A program made the position numbers and the translations under genes. From the NCBI GenBank assembly GCA_044225555.1, contig JBGAIM010000001.1, positions 476,479 through 540,478 on the forward strand: DNA of 64,000 bases, written 5' to 3'. This document shows positions 1 through 8,974 of the stretch, one piece after another. Position 1 is the first letter of the stretch. Each line of letters begins with the position of its first letter. The stretch is from Limisphaerales bacterium (GTDB lineage: Bacteria; Verrucomicrobiota; Verrucomicrobiia; Limisphaerales; JADLHS01). The notes under the pieces are model-generated. The model worked only from the letters and a program-made list of their open reading frames with translations, ran no database searches and was not told the DNA's origin.

Positions 1-1
1 A

Positions 2-472
2 CACGACGAACTCGGTCACCCGACCGGCTCGCCGAAGTTGCACATGCAGATGATGGCCAAGCGCCGCAAGAAACTCCAGGCGCTGGGGGCCACGTTACCA
101 ACACCGAAGGTTTACGGGCCCAACGAGGGCAACATTTTGCTCGTTGGCTGGGGTTCAACCCAGGGCCCGATCAAGGAGGCCGTGGATCGCGCCCGCGCCG
201 CAGGCGACAGTGTTTCGTCGCTGCACATCAAACATCTCAATCCCTTGCCGCCGGGGTTGGAGAATATTTTCTCTGGATTCAACCACATCTTGGTCGTCGA
301 GATGAACGACGAAGGGCTCTATGGTTTCGGCCAGCTCGGGGCATTGCTGCGCGCGCGCTATTGCGATCCGAAGATTCGCGGCATCAACAAGACCGACGGT
401 CTCACTTTCAAGGTGAAGGAGATTCTGGAGCGCGCCAAAGCCAACGTCACCACCGGATTGAAGAAACTCTAG
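2..472 (+). CDS. 2-oxoacid:ferredoxin oxidoreductase alpha subunit, C-terminal part (5' truncated by window)
   Basis: Open frame from window edge: HDELGHP...LVGWGSTQG...VVEMN..GQL; immediately upstream of the beta subunit. Confidence 0.9.
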   Translation, partial: HDELGHPTGSPKLHMQMMAKRRKKLQALGATLPTPKVYGPNEGNILLVGWGSTQGPIKEAVDRARAAGDSVSSLHIKHLNPLPPGLENIFSGFNHILVVEMNDEGLYGFGQLGALLRARYCDPKIRGINKTDGLTFKVKEILERAKANVTTGLKKL

Positions 473-517
473 CCACAACGCCCGCGTAACTGACCATTGT
501 CACAACCAAGTTTTACC

Positions 518-1471
518 ATGAGCCAAACCCTCACTGACATCCCCCAGCGCGCTGGCGACATCACTGCGGTCGCAACGCCCGCCGTCCCCGCACCGGAAGA
601 GCGAAAGGGCCTGACCAAGAAGGAAATTGCCGCCGACCACCCGACCTGGTGTCCCGGCTGCGGCGATTTCTCCGTGCTCGCCCTCTACTTCAAGCTGATC
701 GAGAAGCGGAAGCTGTGGCACGAGAAGATCACTACTGTTGCGGGCATCGGCTGTTCCAGCCGCTTTCCGTATTTCGTGCAGGCCCACGGCGCACATTTCA
801 TCCACGGACGCGCGCTGCCGTTCGCGAGCGGTATTTCCCTTTCGCGACCGGACCTGCACGTGTTTGTCTTCGGCGGTGACGGGGATGCGTTTTCCATCGG
901 CGGCAACCATTTCAACCACACTGCGCGCAAGAACATCAAGATGACCTATTGCGTCATGGACAACTGGGTCTATGGCCTGACCAAGAAGCAGACTTCGCCC
1001 ACGTCGCCCCTTGGGTTCAAGAGCAAGACGGACCAGTGGGGCGCGGTGGATTATCCCATTAACCCGATGAAACAGGCGATCGCGGCGGGAGCGACCTTCG
1101 TGGCGCGCACCACCCACTCGAATCCAAACCATGTTCTCCAGATGATGGAAGCCGCAATGGATCACGACGGTTTCAGTTTCATCGAGTGCCTCAGTGAATG
1201 CGTCGAGTTTTACGAAGGCGCCTTCGATGCGAGCAACCCGCGCAAGGGCGGCGTGTTCAACCTCGTCCCGCCCGGCCATGATGTCACCGATGAGGCGGCG
1301 GCTTACCAACTGGCCAGCGAGCCTTTCCCGGGCCGCTTCGGCATCTTCTACAAATCCAGCAAGCCGACCAAGAACACGAAGGAGGCTGAGATCAGCAAGG
1401 CCTTGATGGAAAAAGTCAAAGGCCTGAAAGACTGGCAGATTCTCCAAAAGAATTTTGACCGGATGAAGTAG
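518..1471 (+). CDS. 2-oxoacid:ferredoxin oxidoreductase beta subunit (TPP-binding)
   Basis: WCPGCGD, GIGCSSR, HGRALP, GGDGD...N TPP motif, YGLTKKQTSPT; ATG 518 preferred over TTG 497. Confidence 0.93.
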   Translation: MSQTLTDIPQRAGDITAVATPAVPAPEERKGLTKKEIAADHPTWCPGCGDFSVLALYFKLIEKRKLWHEKITTVAGIGCSSRFPYFVQAHGAHFIHGRALPFASGISLSRPDLHVFVFGGDGDAFSIGGNHFNHTARKNIKMTYCVMDNWVYGLTKKQTSPTSPLGFKSKTDQWGAVDYPINPMKQAIAAGATFVARTTHSNPNHVLQMMEAAMDHDGFSFIECLSECVEFYEGAFDASNPRKGGVFNLVPPGHDVTDEAAAYQLASEPFPGRFGIFYKSSKPTKNTKEAEISKALMEKVKGLKDWQILQKNFDRMK

Positions 1472-1497
1472 TCCGAAGCCGTCAACCTTTGCAAACC

Positions 1498-1527
1498 AAG
1501 CCCCGGCCAGCGCCGGGGCTTTGCTTT
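1498..1527 (+). terminator. Intrinsic terminator after the oxidoreductase operon
   Basis: Stem AAGCCCCGGC/GCCGGGGCTT, 4-nt loop, followed by TGCTTT. Confidence 0.7.
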
Positions 1528-1591
1528 GGAGTGGCGAGTGGCGATTCAATCGAGGCTTGGCAGCCGGCAGTTTTGTTCCTACGGTGGCCGG

Positions 1592-2128
1592 GTGATCGGG
1601 TTTCTGCGATTCATGGGCATGCTCAATGCCGCCATCTGGCTTGGTGCGGCTATTTTCTGCACCTTGGGGGTCCTGCCATTAGTGAACTCGCAGACGATGA
1701 TGGTTTTGGTGGGTCAGTCTTATTTCCCCTATATGTCGGGGAGCATCGTCCGCCTGATCATTGGCCGGCTGTTCGACTGGCAGATCACCTGCGCAGTGAT
1801 CGCCTGGCTGCACCTGGTGCTGGAATGGCTTTATCTCGGCCGCACCCCCCGGCGGCTCTGGGTCGGTTTGTTGACCCTGTTATTCTCCGCGAGTTTGATT
1901 GCGGGCATGGGGCTCAATCCGAAACTGACCCGACTCCACCGGTCCGAGCACGCGCTCAATGCCCGGCCCGGCGATCGCGAACTCGCTGGAAAAAGTTTTC
2001 GCTTCTGGGACGGGGTCTTTCAGGCGGTGAATGTGGTGCTGATCGGCGGCGTGGCGTTCTATTTCTGGCGGTTGACCACGACCGAGGATGCACCCCGCTT
2101 CGTCACGCCGGTCAAATTCAGAGGTTGA
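1592..2128 (+). CDS. DUF4149-like multi-pass membrane protein
   Basis: Four hydrophobic segments, AIWLG...F and F.FW.G patterns; GTG 1592 chosen as likely start. Confidence 0.6.
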   Translation: MIGFLRFMGMLNAAIWLGAAIFCTLGVLPLVNSQTMMVLVGQSYFPYMSGSIVRLIIGRLFDWQITCAVIAWLHLVLEWLYLGRTPRRLWVGLLTLLFSASLIAGMGLNPKLTRLHRSEHALNARPGDRELAGKSFRFWDGVFQAVNVVLIGGVAFYFWRLTTTEDAPRFVTPVKFRG

Positions 2129-2200
2129 CAAAAAGTGTTTGTCGTCAAACTTGTCAGTGGAACTGGAAAGAGGCATTAGAACGTCTGCCATGGGAAGCCT

Positions 2201-2482
2201 ATGATCTCAAATGAACGCCCCTCCCCATACGGCCATCGCCCGTATGGCGCGCCGAAACCGCCGGTCAACGAAGACACGCTCAAATCGGAAAAGGTCCAGA
2301 TCGAGCGCAAAACCTTCCTCTTCACGTTGCGGGAGAATCCGCGGGGCCGTTTCCTGCGCATCACCGAGGATGTTGGCGGCCGCCGCGACACCATCATCAT
2401 CCCCGCACCCGGGTTGGAGGACTTCCGGAAAATCCTGGACGAAATGGTAAAGGCCTCGGCGGAGATTCCGCCCAAGCACTGA
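2201..2482 (+). CDS. PUR-repeat (PurA/DUF3276-like) ssDNA/RNA-binding protein
   Basis: LKSEKVQIERKTFLFTLRENPRGRFLRITE...RDTIIIP...LEDF is the single PUR-repeat pattern. Confidence 0.8.
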   Translation: MISNERPSPYGHRPYGAPKPPVNEDTLKSEKVQIERKTFLFTLRENPRGRFLRITEDVGGRRDTIIIPAPGLEDFRKILDEMVKASAEIPPKH

Positions 2483-2558
2483 CAAGGGATCAGCGGCAGT
2501 GTGCTTGGAAAAGAGCGTCTGCTCTAATCGCCGCCTTGTGGCGGCGGCGGGCGGCTGA

Positions 2559-2921
2559 TTACTTCCTCGGCCGCTTCACGCGCGGCTTCACAGTTGGCGC
2601 GTCGCCCCACAAACCTTCCAAATCATAACGCTCGCGCGCGTCGGCACGCATGATGTGGACGATTACGTCAAAGAAATCCAACACCACCCACGCCCCATGG
2701 ACGGTGCCATCCACCGTCCGCGGGCGCACCCCGTGATCGTCCCGTAACGTGTCCGTGATCTCATTCACGATGGCGCGCAGATGCGGCTCGCTGGTGCCGG
2801 AAACAATGACGAAGTAGTCCGTCACGCTCGACAATTTGCGCACGTCGAGCACCACGAGATCTTCCGCCTTCTTGTTATCCGCGAGGTCGCGGCAGAGCAG
2901 GGCCAGTTTCTTTGAATCCAT
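2559..2921 (-). CDS. rsfS: Ribosome silencing factor RsfS (Iojap)
   Basis: KKAED..VLDV, DYFVIVSG, WVVLDFFDVIVH, RERYDLEGLW. Confidence 0.95.
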   Translation of the reverse strand: MDSKKLALLCRDLADNKKAEDLVVLDVRKLSSVTDYFVIVSGTSEPHLRAIVNEITDTLRDDHGVRPRTVDGTVHGAWVVLDFFDVIVHIMRADARERYDLEGLWGDAPTVKPRVKRPRK

Positions 2922-2946
2922 CTCGGTAAAATTGCGGGAGGGGCGG

Positions 2947-3522
2947 TTAAAGATAAAGCTGATTGTTGCGGACGGCCTCGGCTACTGCGGGTGTCACCAG
3001 ATGCTCAATTGTCTTTCCTGCTCTTACCCGCGTCCGGATCTCCGAGGCCGACACACCAAAAGCGAACCCTCTGAGCGTCCGTCCGCGAAACGGCGGAGGT
3101 ATCGGCACCGTCACATCGCCCGGGCGGGGAATACCGGCAAACTCCGCCAACGTGGCCAGTTCGCCCGCCTCCCGCCACTTCGGGAGGTTGGCCACGTGAT
3201 CCGCACCGATGAGGTAGAACAATTCTCCCTGCGGAAAGCGCCGGGCGTAGTCGCGCACCGTGTCAATCGCGAACGAAACGCCTCCGCGGTTGATCTCCTG
3301 TTCATCCACCTCGCAATTCGGCCGGCCAGCCAGGGCGAGCCGCAGCATTTGCAGCCGCGCCTCAGCGGGCGCGAAGTTTTGCCCGACCTTGAACGGCGAT
3401 TGGGCGGCGAGGATGAAGCATAGCCGCGTCAGCTCGAGCTCTTCGATCGCGGCCTGAGCCAGCAGCAAGTGTCCGGTGTGAATGGGATCGAACGATCCGC
3501 CAAAAAGTCCGATGCGTTGCAT
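2947..3522 (-). CDS. nadD: Nicotinate-nucleotide adenylyltransferase
   Basis: RIGLFGGSFDPIHTGH, LIGAD, VSASEIR; canonical nadD-rsfS adjacency; ATG 3522. Confidence 0.95.
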   Translation of the reverse strand: MQRIGLFGGSFDPIHTGHLLLAQAAIEELELTRLCFILAAQSPFKVGQNFAPAEARLQMLRLALAGRPNCEVDEQEINRGGVSFAIDTVRDYARRFPQGELFYLIGADHVANLPKWREAGELATLAEFAGIPRPGDVTVPIPPPFRGRTLRGFAFGVSASEIRTRVRAGKTIEHLVTPAVAEAVRNNQLYL

Positions 3523-3611
3523 CGCGGGGCAGCATATGTGATCGCCACAAAGTTGGCGATTTGAATTCAGCCCGCCTGGCAAGTTTGCAGGGACCGGAAA
3601 CGATCCGGGTT

Positions 3612-5941
3612 TCAACAACACCGCCTGATACCGTTGAACCTCTGTTCGGTAACCTCCACGTAAATTTTCTGCTCTGTGCGATCTCCTTGTTCAGCAGGAC
3701 CGCATTCGCAATGCGGCACCTGCTCCTGGGCGCGCGCCAGTTGCGCTTCTCCGGACAATTCCCTGGCCAGCGCCAGTGTCAAGGTTGCTGCGCCAGCGAC
3801 CCCGCCCAATTTTCGCCCGCCCTCCAGTACCGCATAATCCGGCAGCCAGACCGGCTCGGTTTCATGCAGCACCACCGGCTTGCGGCGCAACCACAGAACA
3901 ATCCACTCGCGTACGCTCAACAAGACGAGCGCCGTAACCAGCACTAAAAAGCCAACGGCAATCACCGCATCGAGGAGGTTGTTAAGCACCAGCCGTTTGT
4001 TCGTTGCCAATGCCCTCTGGGCTGCAGCCAACGCAGCGTCATCTTTCGCAAGTCCAGTTGCCGGGTACGCCTCGGCAACTTTGGCCCCATGAACCTTGGC
4101 TGCCGCCAGGAATCCAACCTTCGGGTCGCTGCTCCAGACTTTTTGAATCCCCGCGGTGAATGTCACCGACAATAACCAGACGAGCGGTAGGAGGGTGATG
4201 AGCGTGAACATCGCCCGACCCCTTGAAACACCGAGGAGGGCACTCCATTCAGGGTCATTTTCAACAAGATCGTCGTCGCCAGACACAGGGCGATGGCCGC
4301 GAGCATTTGATTCGCTATGCCGAACAGCGGCCAGAGCGAGTTGATTCCACCCAGCGGGTCGCGCACGCCTTGAATTAGAAACGTGCCCCAGCCGGCGACC
4401 ATCAACGCGCTCGCCAGCAAATTAGGGCCTACCGCTTTGGTGTCGCCAAGCGGTTTCCAGAGGTTGCCGAGAAAATCCTGGAGAATGTAGCGGCCCACGC
4501 GCGTCCCCGCATCGAGCGTCGTCAGGATGAACAATGCCTCGAACATGATCGCGAAGTGATACCAGAGATCGAGCCAGCGTTGGCCAACCACCTTGGAAAA
4601 AATCTGCGCCATTCCCACCGCCAGCGTCGCCGCGCCTCCCGTGCGACCAAACAGGCTGTGTTCGCCAACCTCCTTCGCCAGTTCATCCATGTGTTCCACC
4701 GTTATCGGGTGGCCCAGCGAGGTGACTTTTGCCACCGTGGCGGCGGCTTCGCCTTTCACGTTCATGGCGAAATAAACGCCCGGCTCCATCGTGCAGGCGG
4801 CCACAATCGCCATGATGGCCACGAGTGATTCCAGGCACATCGCGCCGTAACCAATGGGCCGCGCATAACTCTCGCGCGTGATCAACTTGGGCGTGGTGCC
4901 GCTGGCGATCAGCGTGTGAAAGCCGGAGATGGCTCCACACGCGATGGTGATGAAGCAGAAGGGAAACAGTTTGCCCGCCACGACCAAACCTGAACCGTCG
5001 GTGAACTTGGTTACCGCCGGCATCTTCAAATCCGGCGGCACAAAGAAGATCCCCACCGCCAACGCGAAGATCGTTCCCAACTTCATGAACGTGCTGAGGT
5101 AATCGCGAGGCGCGAGCAGCAACCAAACCGGCAATACACTGGCCGCCAATCCGTAAATGATGATGGCCCACGCCAGTGAAATATCTTTCAGGGCAAAAGC
5201 GGACGCCCAGTTTGGACTTTCGTAAACAAGCTTTCCGCCCCACACTGCCAGCAGAAGCAGAATAACTCCGATGGCTGAGGCTTCCAGCACTTTGCCTACC
5301 CGCCAGAATCGCAGGTAGCCGCCCATGAACATCGCAATGGGCACGGTCGCCGACACGGTGAACACCCCCCACGGACTCTCCGCCAGCGCCTTAACGACCA
5401 CGAGCGCCAGTACCGCCAGCAAGATGATCATGATGGCAAGAATCGCCACCAGCGCGATCAATCCCGCCGTTGTGTTCAGCTCCTCCTTCACCATTTGCCC
5501 AAGCGACTTCCCATTCCGTCGCATCGAGGCAAACAGAATGACGAAATCCTGCACCGCACCGCCAAGGACGACCCCAATCAGAATCCACAGTGTTCCCGGC
5601 AGAAAACCAAACTGGGCCGCCAGCACCGGCCCGACCAGCGGCCCCGGCCCGGAGATCGCCGCGAAGTGATGGCCAAAGACGATCCACTTGTTCGTCTTCA
5701 CGAAGTCCTTCCCGTCGTCGTGAACTTCGCAAGGCGTGGCGCGGCGGTCATTGAGCGCGAGCACCCGGGCGGCGATCCACTTCGAGTAAAACCGGTAGCC
5801 GATGACGTACGTGCAAAGCGCGGCCACCAGGATGAACACGGAGTTGAGGCGCTCACCGCGATGCAATGCCAGCGTCACATAAGCCCACGCGCCCAAAAAG
5901 GCGACGATCAGCCAAACAGCATTCGCGGCGAACTTTTTCAT
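3612..5941 (-). pseudogene. cstA: Carbon starvation protein CstA (peptide/pyruvate transporter), split by a single frameshift near 4220, with YbdD-like C-terminal tail
   Basis: [41 protein letters not shown] in ORF 4163-5941; CstA C-terminal helices ([20 protein letters not shown]...GFLA) continue in another frame in ORF 3612-4286. Confidence 0.85.
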
Positions 5942-6058
5942 GACTTCACACCCGGTGTCGCGCGTGTTGTAGTCAAAGCGAAGGATGATGCCCAGAACAG
6001 ATTTCCCGCTGACGCAACCTGTGATTCGAGCGGAGGCCGGGAAGCTCGCGTCCGGCCA

Positions 6059-6403
6059 TCAACCCGGCGGCCAGTTCATTTTGCGCCCGCCCAGAATGTG
6101 GCAGTGCAAATGGGGAACCGCCTCGCCGGCATCCGGACCATTGTTAAACACCAACCGGAAGCCGTTTTGCTTTAGCCCGAGTTTGTCGGCCACTTCCGCC
6201 GCCTTGAGCAGCAGATGGCCGAGCACTTGATGATCCGCTGGAGCAGCTTCAGCCATGCGCGGGATGGGCTTTTTCGGAATCAACAGCACATGCACCGGCG
6301 CCTGTGGGGCAATGTCGCGAAAGGCAATCACCTGATCGTCCTCATAGACAATCTGCGCCGGGATTTCGCGGGCAATGATCTTTTCGAAGAGGGTCTTGCT
6401 CAT
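6059..6403 (-). CDS. hinT: Histidine triad (HIT) nucleotide-binding protein
   Basis: LFEKIIAREIPA, AFRDIAPQAPVHVL, HLHCHILGGR triad. Confidence 0.93.
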   Translation of the reverse strand: MSKTLFEKIIAREIPAQIVYEDDQVIAFRDIAPQAPVHVLLIPKKPIPRMAEAAPADHQVLGHLLLKAAEVADKLGLKQNGFRLVFNNGPDAGEAVPHLHCHILGGRKMNWPPG

Positions 6404-6448
6404 AAATCCGTTCGCGCCCCGCTTTTACTCGGCGGCAATGACCCAAAG

Positions 6449-7006
6449 TCATTCCACCACCAGCCCGCACGGGCCACCCGCGGCTTCAAGACAGAGCGTG
6501 CGCCGTAGATACTCCATTATCTGGTCGCGCAGCGTTTCGCAGCGCGGACTCCAGCGTTGGGCGCCGACCAACCGCTTCACGCAACCGCGTAACCCATGAA
6601 AGCGTACCAGCCGCGGCGAGGCCTGAAATTGATCACGCACGGCATCACGCAGGCGCGGGAAGAAGGCCAGTTCACAGGCGTAGCCCGCATCGTGCGCCAG
6701 CAGCCGTAAGTCTTTCGTAGCCTTCCCCACCGTCGTGGCCGTCAGGCGACCGCCGGTGAGCTTAAGTCCAAGTCCATTCAGCACCAACTCAAACGCAGAG
6801 GCAAACTCCGCCACCGAGACAGTCTTGCGACCGAGATCGTTCTTGAAGTAGTGAAAGACGGACGCGGCGGCATGCTCGACAAAGTCCTGCTCAAACTCGC
6901 CGCCGGCGCTATTGGAGATCTCGACCGAAATCATCTCGGCGGAGAACGGGACGGATTCACCGGAGGGCAGTTCGAACAACAGGCAATCGCAGGCCAGCAA
7001 GATCAT
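6449..7006 (-). CDS. Hypothetical protein, possible degenerate ATP-cone N-terminus
   Basis: 185-aa ORF overlapping the nrdR stop (ATGA); N-terminus SGESVPFSAEMI...TVSVAEFASAFELVL.GLG echoes the ATP-cone pattern. Confidence 0.7.
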   Translation of the reverse strand: MILLACDCLLFELPSGESVPFSAEMISVEISNSAGGEFEQDFVEHAAASVFHYFKNDLGRKTVSVAEFASAFELVLNGLGLKLTGGRLTATTVGKATKDLRLLAHDAGYACELAFFPRLRDAVRDQFQASPRLVRFHGLRGCVKRLVGAQRWSPRCETLRDQIMEYLRRTLCLEAAGGPCGLVVE

Positions 7007-7458
7007 TGCTTGGCCTCCAATTTCTTAACCTCCTGCACGAAGTCAGTGGCTTCCTGAAAACGGCGATAGACGCTCGCGAAGCGCACGTAGGCGACCTCGT
7101 CAATTTCGCGCAGCCCGTCCATGACCTGCTTGCCGATAAACTCTGCCGGGACTTCGTCGTCAAATTTGGTGCTCACAGTTTCCGCAATGCGCTCCACCAA
7201 GTCTTCAATCGCCTTGGGGCTGATGGGGCGTTTTTGGCAGGCCTTGCGAATACCAGAGAGCAGCTTGTCCTTCGAGAATTCCTCCCGGCGGCCATCGCGC
7301 TTCAAGATCATCAACCCTTCGCGCTCGACCTCTTCGTAAGTTGTAAAGCGATGCCCACACGCGGTGCATTCGCGGCGGCGGCGGATGGTTGCGCCTTCGC
7401 GCGAAGCGCGTGAATCAACAACCTTGTCGTCTTGGCAGGCGCACTTAGGGCAACGCAT
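7003..7458 (-). CDS. nrdR: Transcriptional repressor NrdR
   Basis: MRCPKC, DSR, IRRRREC..C..RFTTYE, ATP cone KRDGRREEF, VAYVRFASVYR. Confidence 0.97.
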   Translation of the reverse strand: MRCPKCACQDDKVVDSRASREGATIRRRRECTACGHRFTTYEEVEREGLMILKRDGRREEFSKDKLLSGIRKACQKRPISPKAIEDLVERIAETVSTKFDDEVPAEFIGKQVMDGLREIDEVAYVRFASVYRRFQEATDFVQEVKKLEAKQ

Positions 7459-7463
7459 AGAAA

Positions 7464-7516
7464 CCACTGCTAATGGTGGTAACGGTTTTGTAACACGCTA
7501 AGTATTGCGGAGTCAA
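7464..7516 (-). promoter_or_regulatory. Putative nrdR promoter (TTGACT-N18-TACAAA) with two candidate NrdR boxes
   Basis: 16-mers CCACTGCTAATGGTGG (7464) and ACGCTAAGTATTGCGG (7495) start 31 bp apart; -35 TTGACT at 7516-7511. Confidence 0.45.
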
Positions 7517-7652
7517 GAGTTTGGAGTTTTCCAGGCCGGGGGAGTCGTCGCCCTAGCCGCGGAAAGAGTCTGACCATCAAAGCCCTCCGACGAGGTTGAT
7601 GGGCAGCTCAAGGCTTGCCGGCACAGTTTAGAATCCCGATCCAAGCAATCGC

Positions 7653-7679
7653 TTGACATGTGTAACAACTGTTGTTACC
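7653..7679 (+). promoter_or_regulatory. Rrf2 operator 1 next to a -35 TTGACA
   Basis: TTGACA 7653-7658, then perfect inverted repeat GTAACAAC-T-GTTGTTAC (TGTAA-N9-TTACC). Confidence 0.75.
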
Positions 7680-7692
7680 TATTTCCGCAGTT

Positions 7693-8130
7693 ATGAGAAC
7701 AAGTTGTCGCTTTGCCATGGCGGTTCATGTGCTGACCGTCCTCGCTTACAAGGAGGGCGATCGGGTCACGTCAACGCTCCTGGCGGGCAGCGTCAACACG
7801 AACCCGGTCATCATCCGGCGACTGTTGCTGGCGTTGCAACGCGCGCGCTTGGTGGAAACCGGCAAGGGGGCTGGCTCTGGTTCACGGCTGAGCCGCTCGC
7901 CCGCGAGGATCAATCTGGCCGAGATTTATCGGGCGGTTGAGGATTGTGAGCCATTCGCCACTCCCTCGCGCAAACCCAATGCGGCCTGCCCGGTCGGGAA
8001 TTGCATCCGGGAGGCGTTGGACAAGGTTTTTGCCTCGGCCCAAAAGGCTCTGGAAAAGGACCTGGAGCAAACGACACTCGCGGGGTTGATCAATCAAGTA
8101 AAGACGTCGGCGTCCTGCAAATGCAGTTGA
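7693..8130 (+). CDS. Rrf2-family transcriptional regulator (YwnA/HypR/SifR-like, non-IscR)
   Basis: SCRFAMAVHVL, LAGSVNTNPVIIRR, G.GSG.RL, NAACPVG; ATG 7693. Confidence 0.92.
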   Translation: MRTSCRFAMAVHVLTVLAYKEGDRVTSTLLAGSVNTNPVIIRRLLLALQRARLVETGKGAGSGSRLSRSPARINLAEIYRAVEDCEPFATPSRKPNAACPVGNCIREALDKVFASAQKALEKDLEQTTLAGLINQVKTSASCKCS

Positions 8131-8150
8131 CTCTCTTTTTTTGAACACAA

Positions 8151-8171
8151 ATGTAAGCTTTGTTGTTACAT
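8151..8171 (+). promoter_or_regulatory. Rrf2 operator 2
   Basis: ATGTAA-GCTTTGTTG-TTACAT: same TGTAA-N9-TTAC geometry and the same TGTTGTTAC right half as operator 1. Confidence 0.75.
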
Positions 8172-8190
8172 ACAGACTAAAGGAATAGAA

Positions 8191-8520
8191 ATGAAAACGA
8201 ATAAACGCCACGAAAGCCCGAATGAACCGAAGATTGTAGTGAACCTCGCAGGGGTCTGTCGCGCCTGTGGACAACGGGTTCTCGCTCAAATCAACCGGCT
8301 CAAGGAAGCAATCCTGACCGAATCCTCGGCGGCCCTCGCGGCACACCAGCACGCGTTGCGCCTGGCCCTGAACGAAGCTGAAGCGCTCGCCTGGGAGACG
8401 TTGTATCCCCATCTGGTTTTCCCGACGTTGGCGGCGGAGAAAGTCCGGGCGGTTGCAACTTGGAGCGCGCGTCAGCAAAGGATTCGCGAAGCGAACAAAG
8501 ATTTAGCCCTGGCAGCCTGA
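8191..8520 (+). CDS. Hypothetical helical protein with CxxC and ssrA-like C-terminus
   Basis: AAGGA SD, 109 aa, CRAC, RLALNEAEALAW...P.LVFPTLA.EK, ends ANKDLALAA. Confidence 0.8.
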   Translation: MKTNKRHESPNEPKIVVNLAGVCRACGQRVLAQINRLKEAILTESSAALAAHQHALRLALNEAEALAWETLYPHLVFPTLAAEKVRAVATWSARQQRIREANKDLALAA

Positions 8521-8574
8521 ACCGTCGCCAGCCGGTTGGCAGATCAATGACAACCAGAACGAACAAACTGAAAT

Positions 8575-8907
8575 ATGAAACCGACCATTGAAATCAACGA
8601 AACAAACTTTGAAACCGAAGTCTTGAAATCACCCCGGCCCGTCCTCGTGGACTTTTGGGCCGAGTGGTGCGGGCCGTGCAAAATGCTTGCGCCTGTGCTG
8701 GACGAGATTGCCACCGAGCAAAACGGTCACGTGAAAGTGGCCAAGGTCAACATAGACCACCATCCCACGCTCGCGGCGCGCTTTGGCATTCAATCCATCC
8801 CGACCTTGCTCTACTTCGCCAATGGTGAAGTACGCAACCAGACCATTGGCGTCGCCGGCAAGCGGGCGATCACCAGCAAACTGGAGGCGCTCGCCGTCGC
8901 GGTCTAA
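8575..8907 (+). CDS. trxA: Thioredoxin
   Basis: VDFWAEWCGPCK, IQSIPTL. Confidence 0.96.
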   Translation: MKPTIEINETNFETEVLKSPRPVLVDFWAEWCGPCKMLAPVLDEIATEQNGHVKVAKVNIDHHPTLAARFGIQSIPTLLYFANGEVRNQTIGVAGKRAITSKLEALAVAV

Positions 8908-8974
8908 AACGCACCTCAGAATCTGAAAATTGACGAGGTTTGGCCGAGCCAAACCAAGAAGCCGAGAAAGTAAA

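Noticed and set aside
8480-8574. tmRNA gene suggested by the ANKDLALAA ending
   Set aside because: No tRNA-like ends or T-arm nearby; the tag-like peptide is in frame at the end of a normal SD-led ORF
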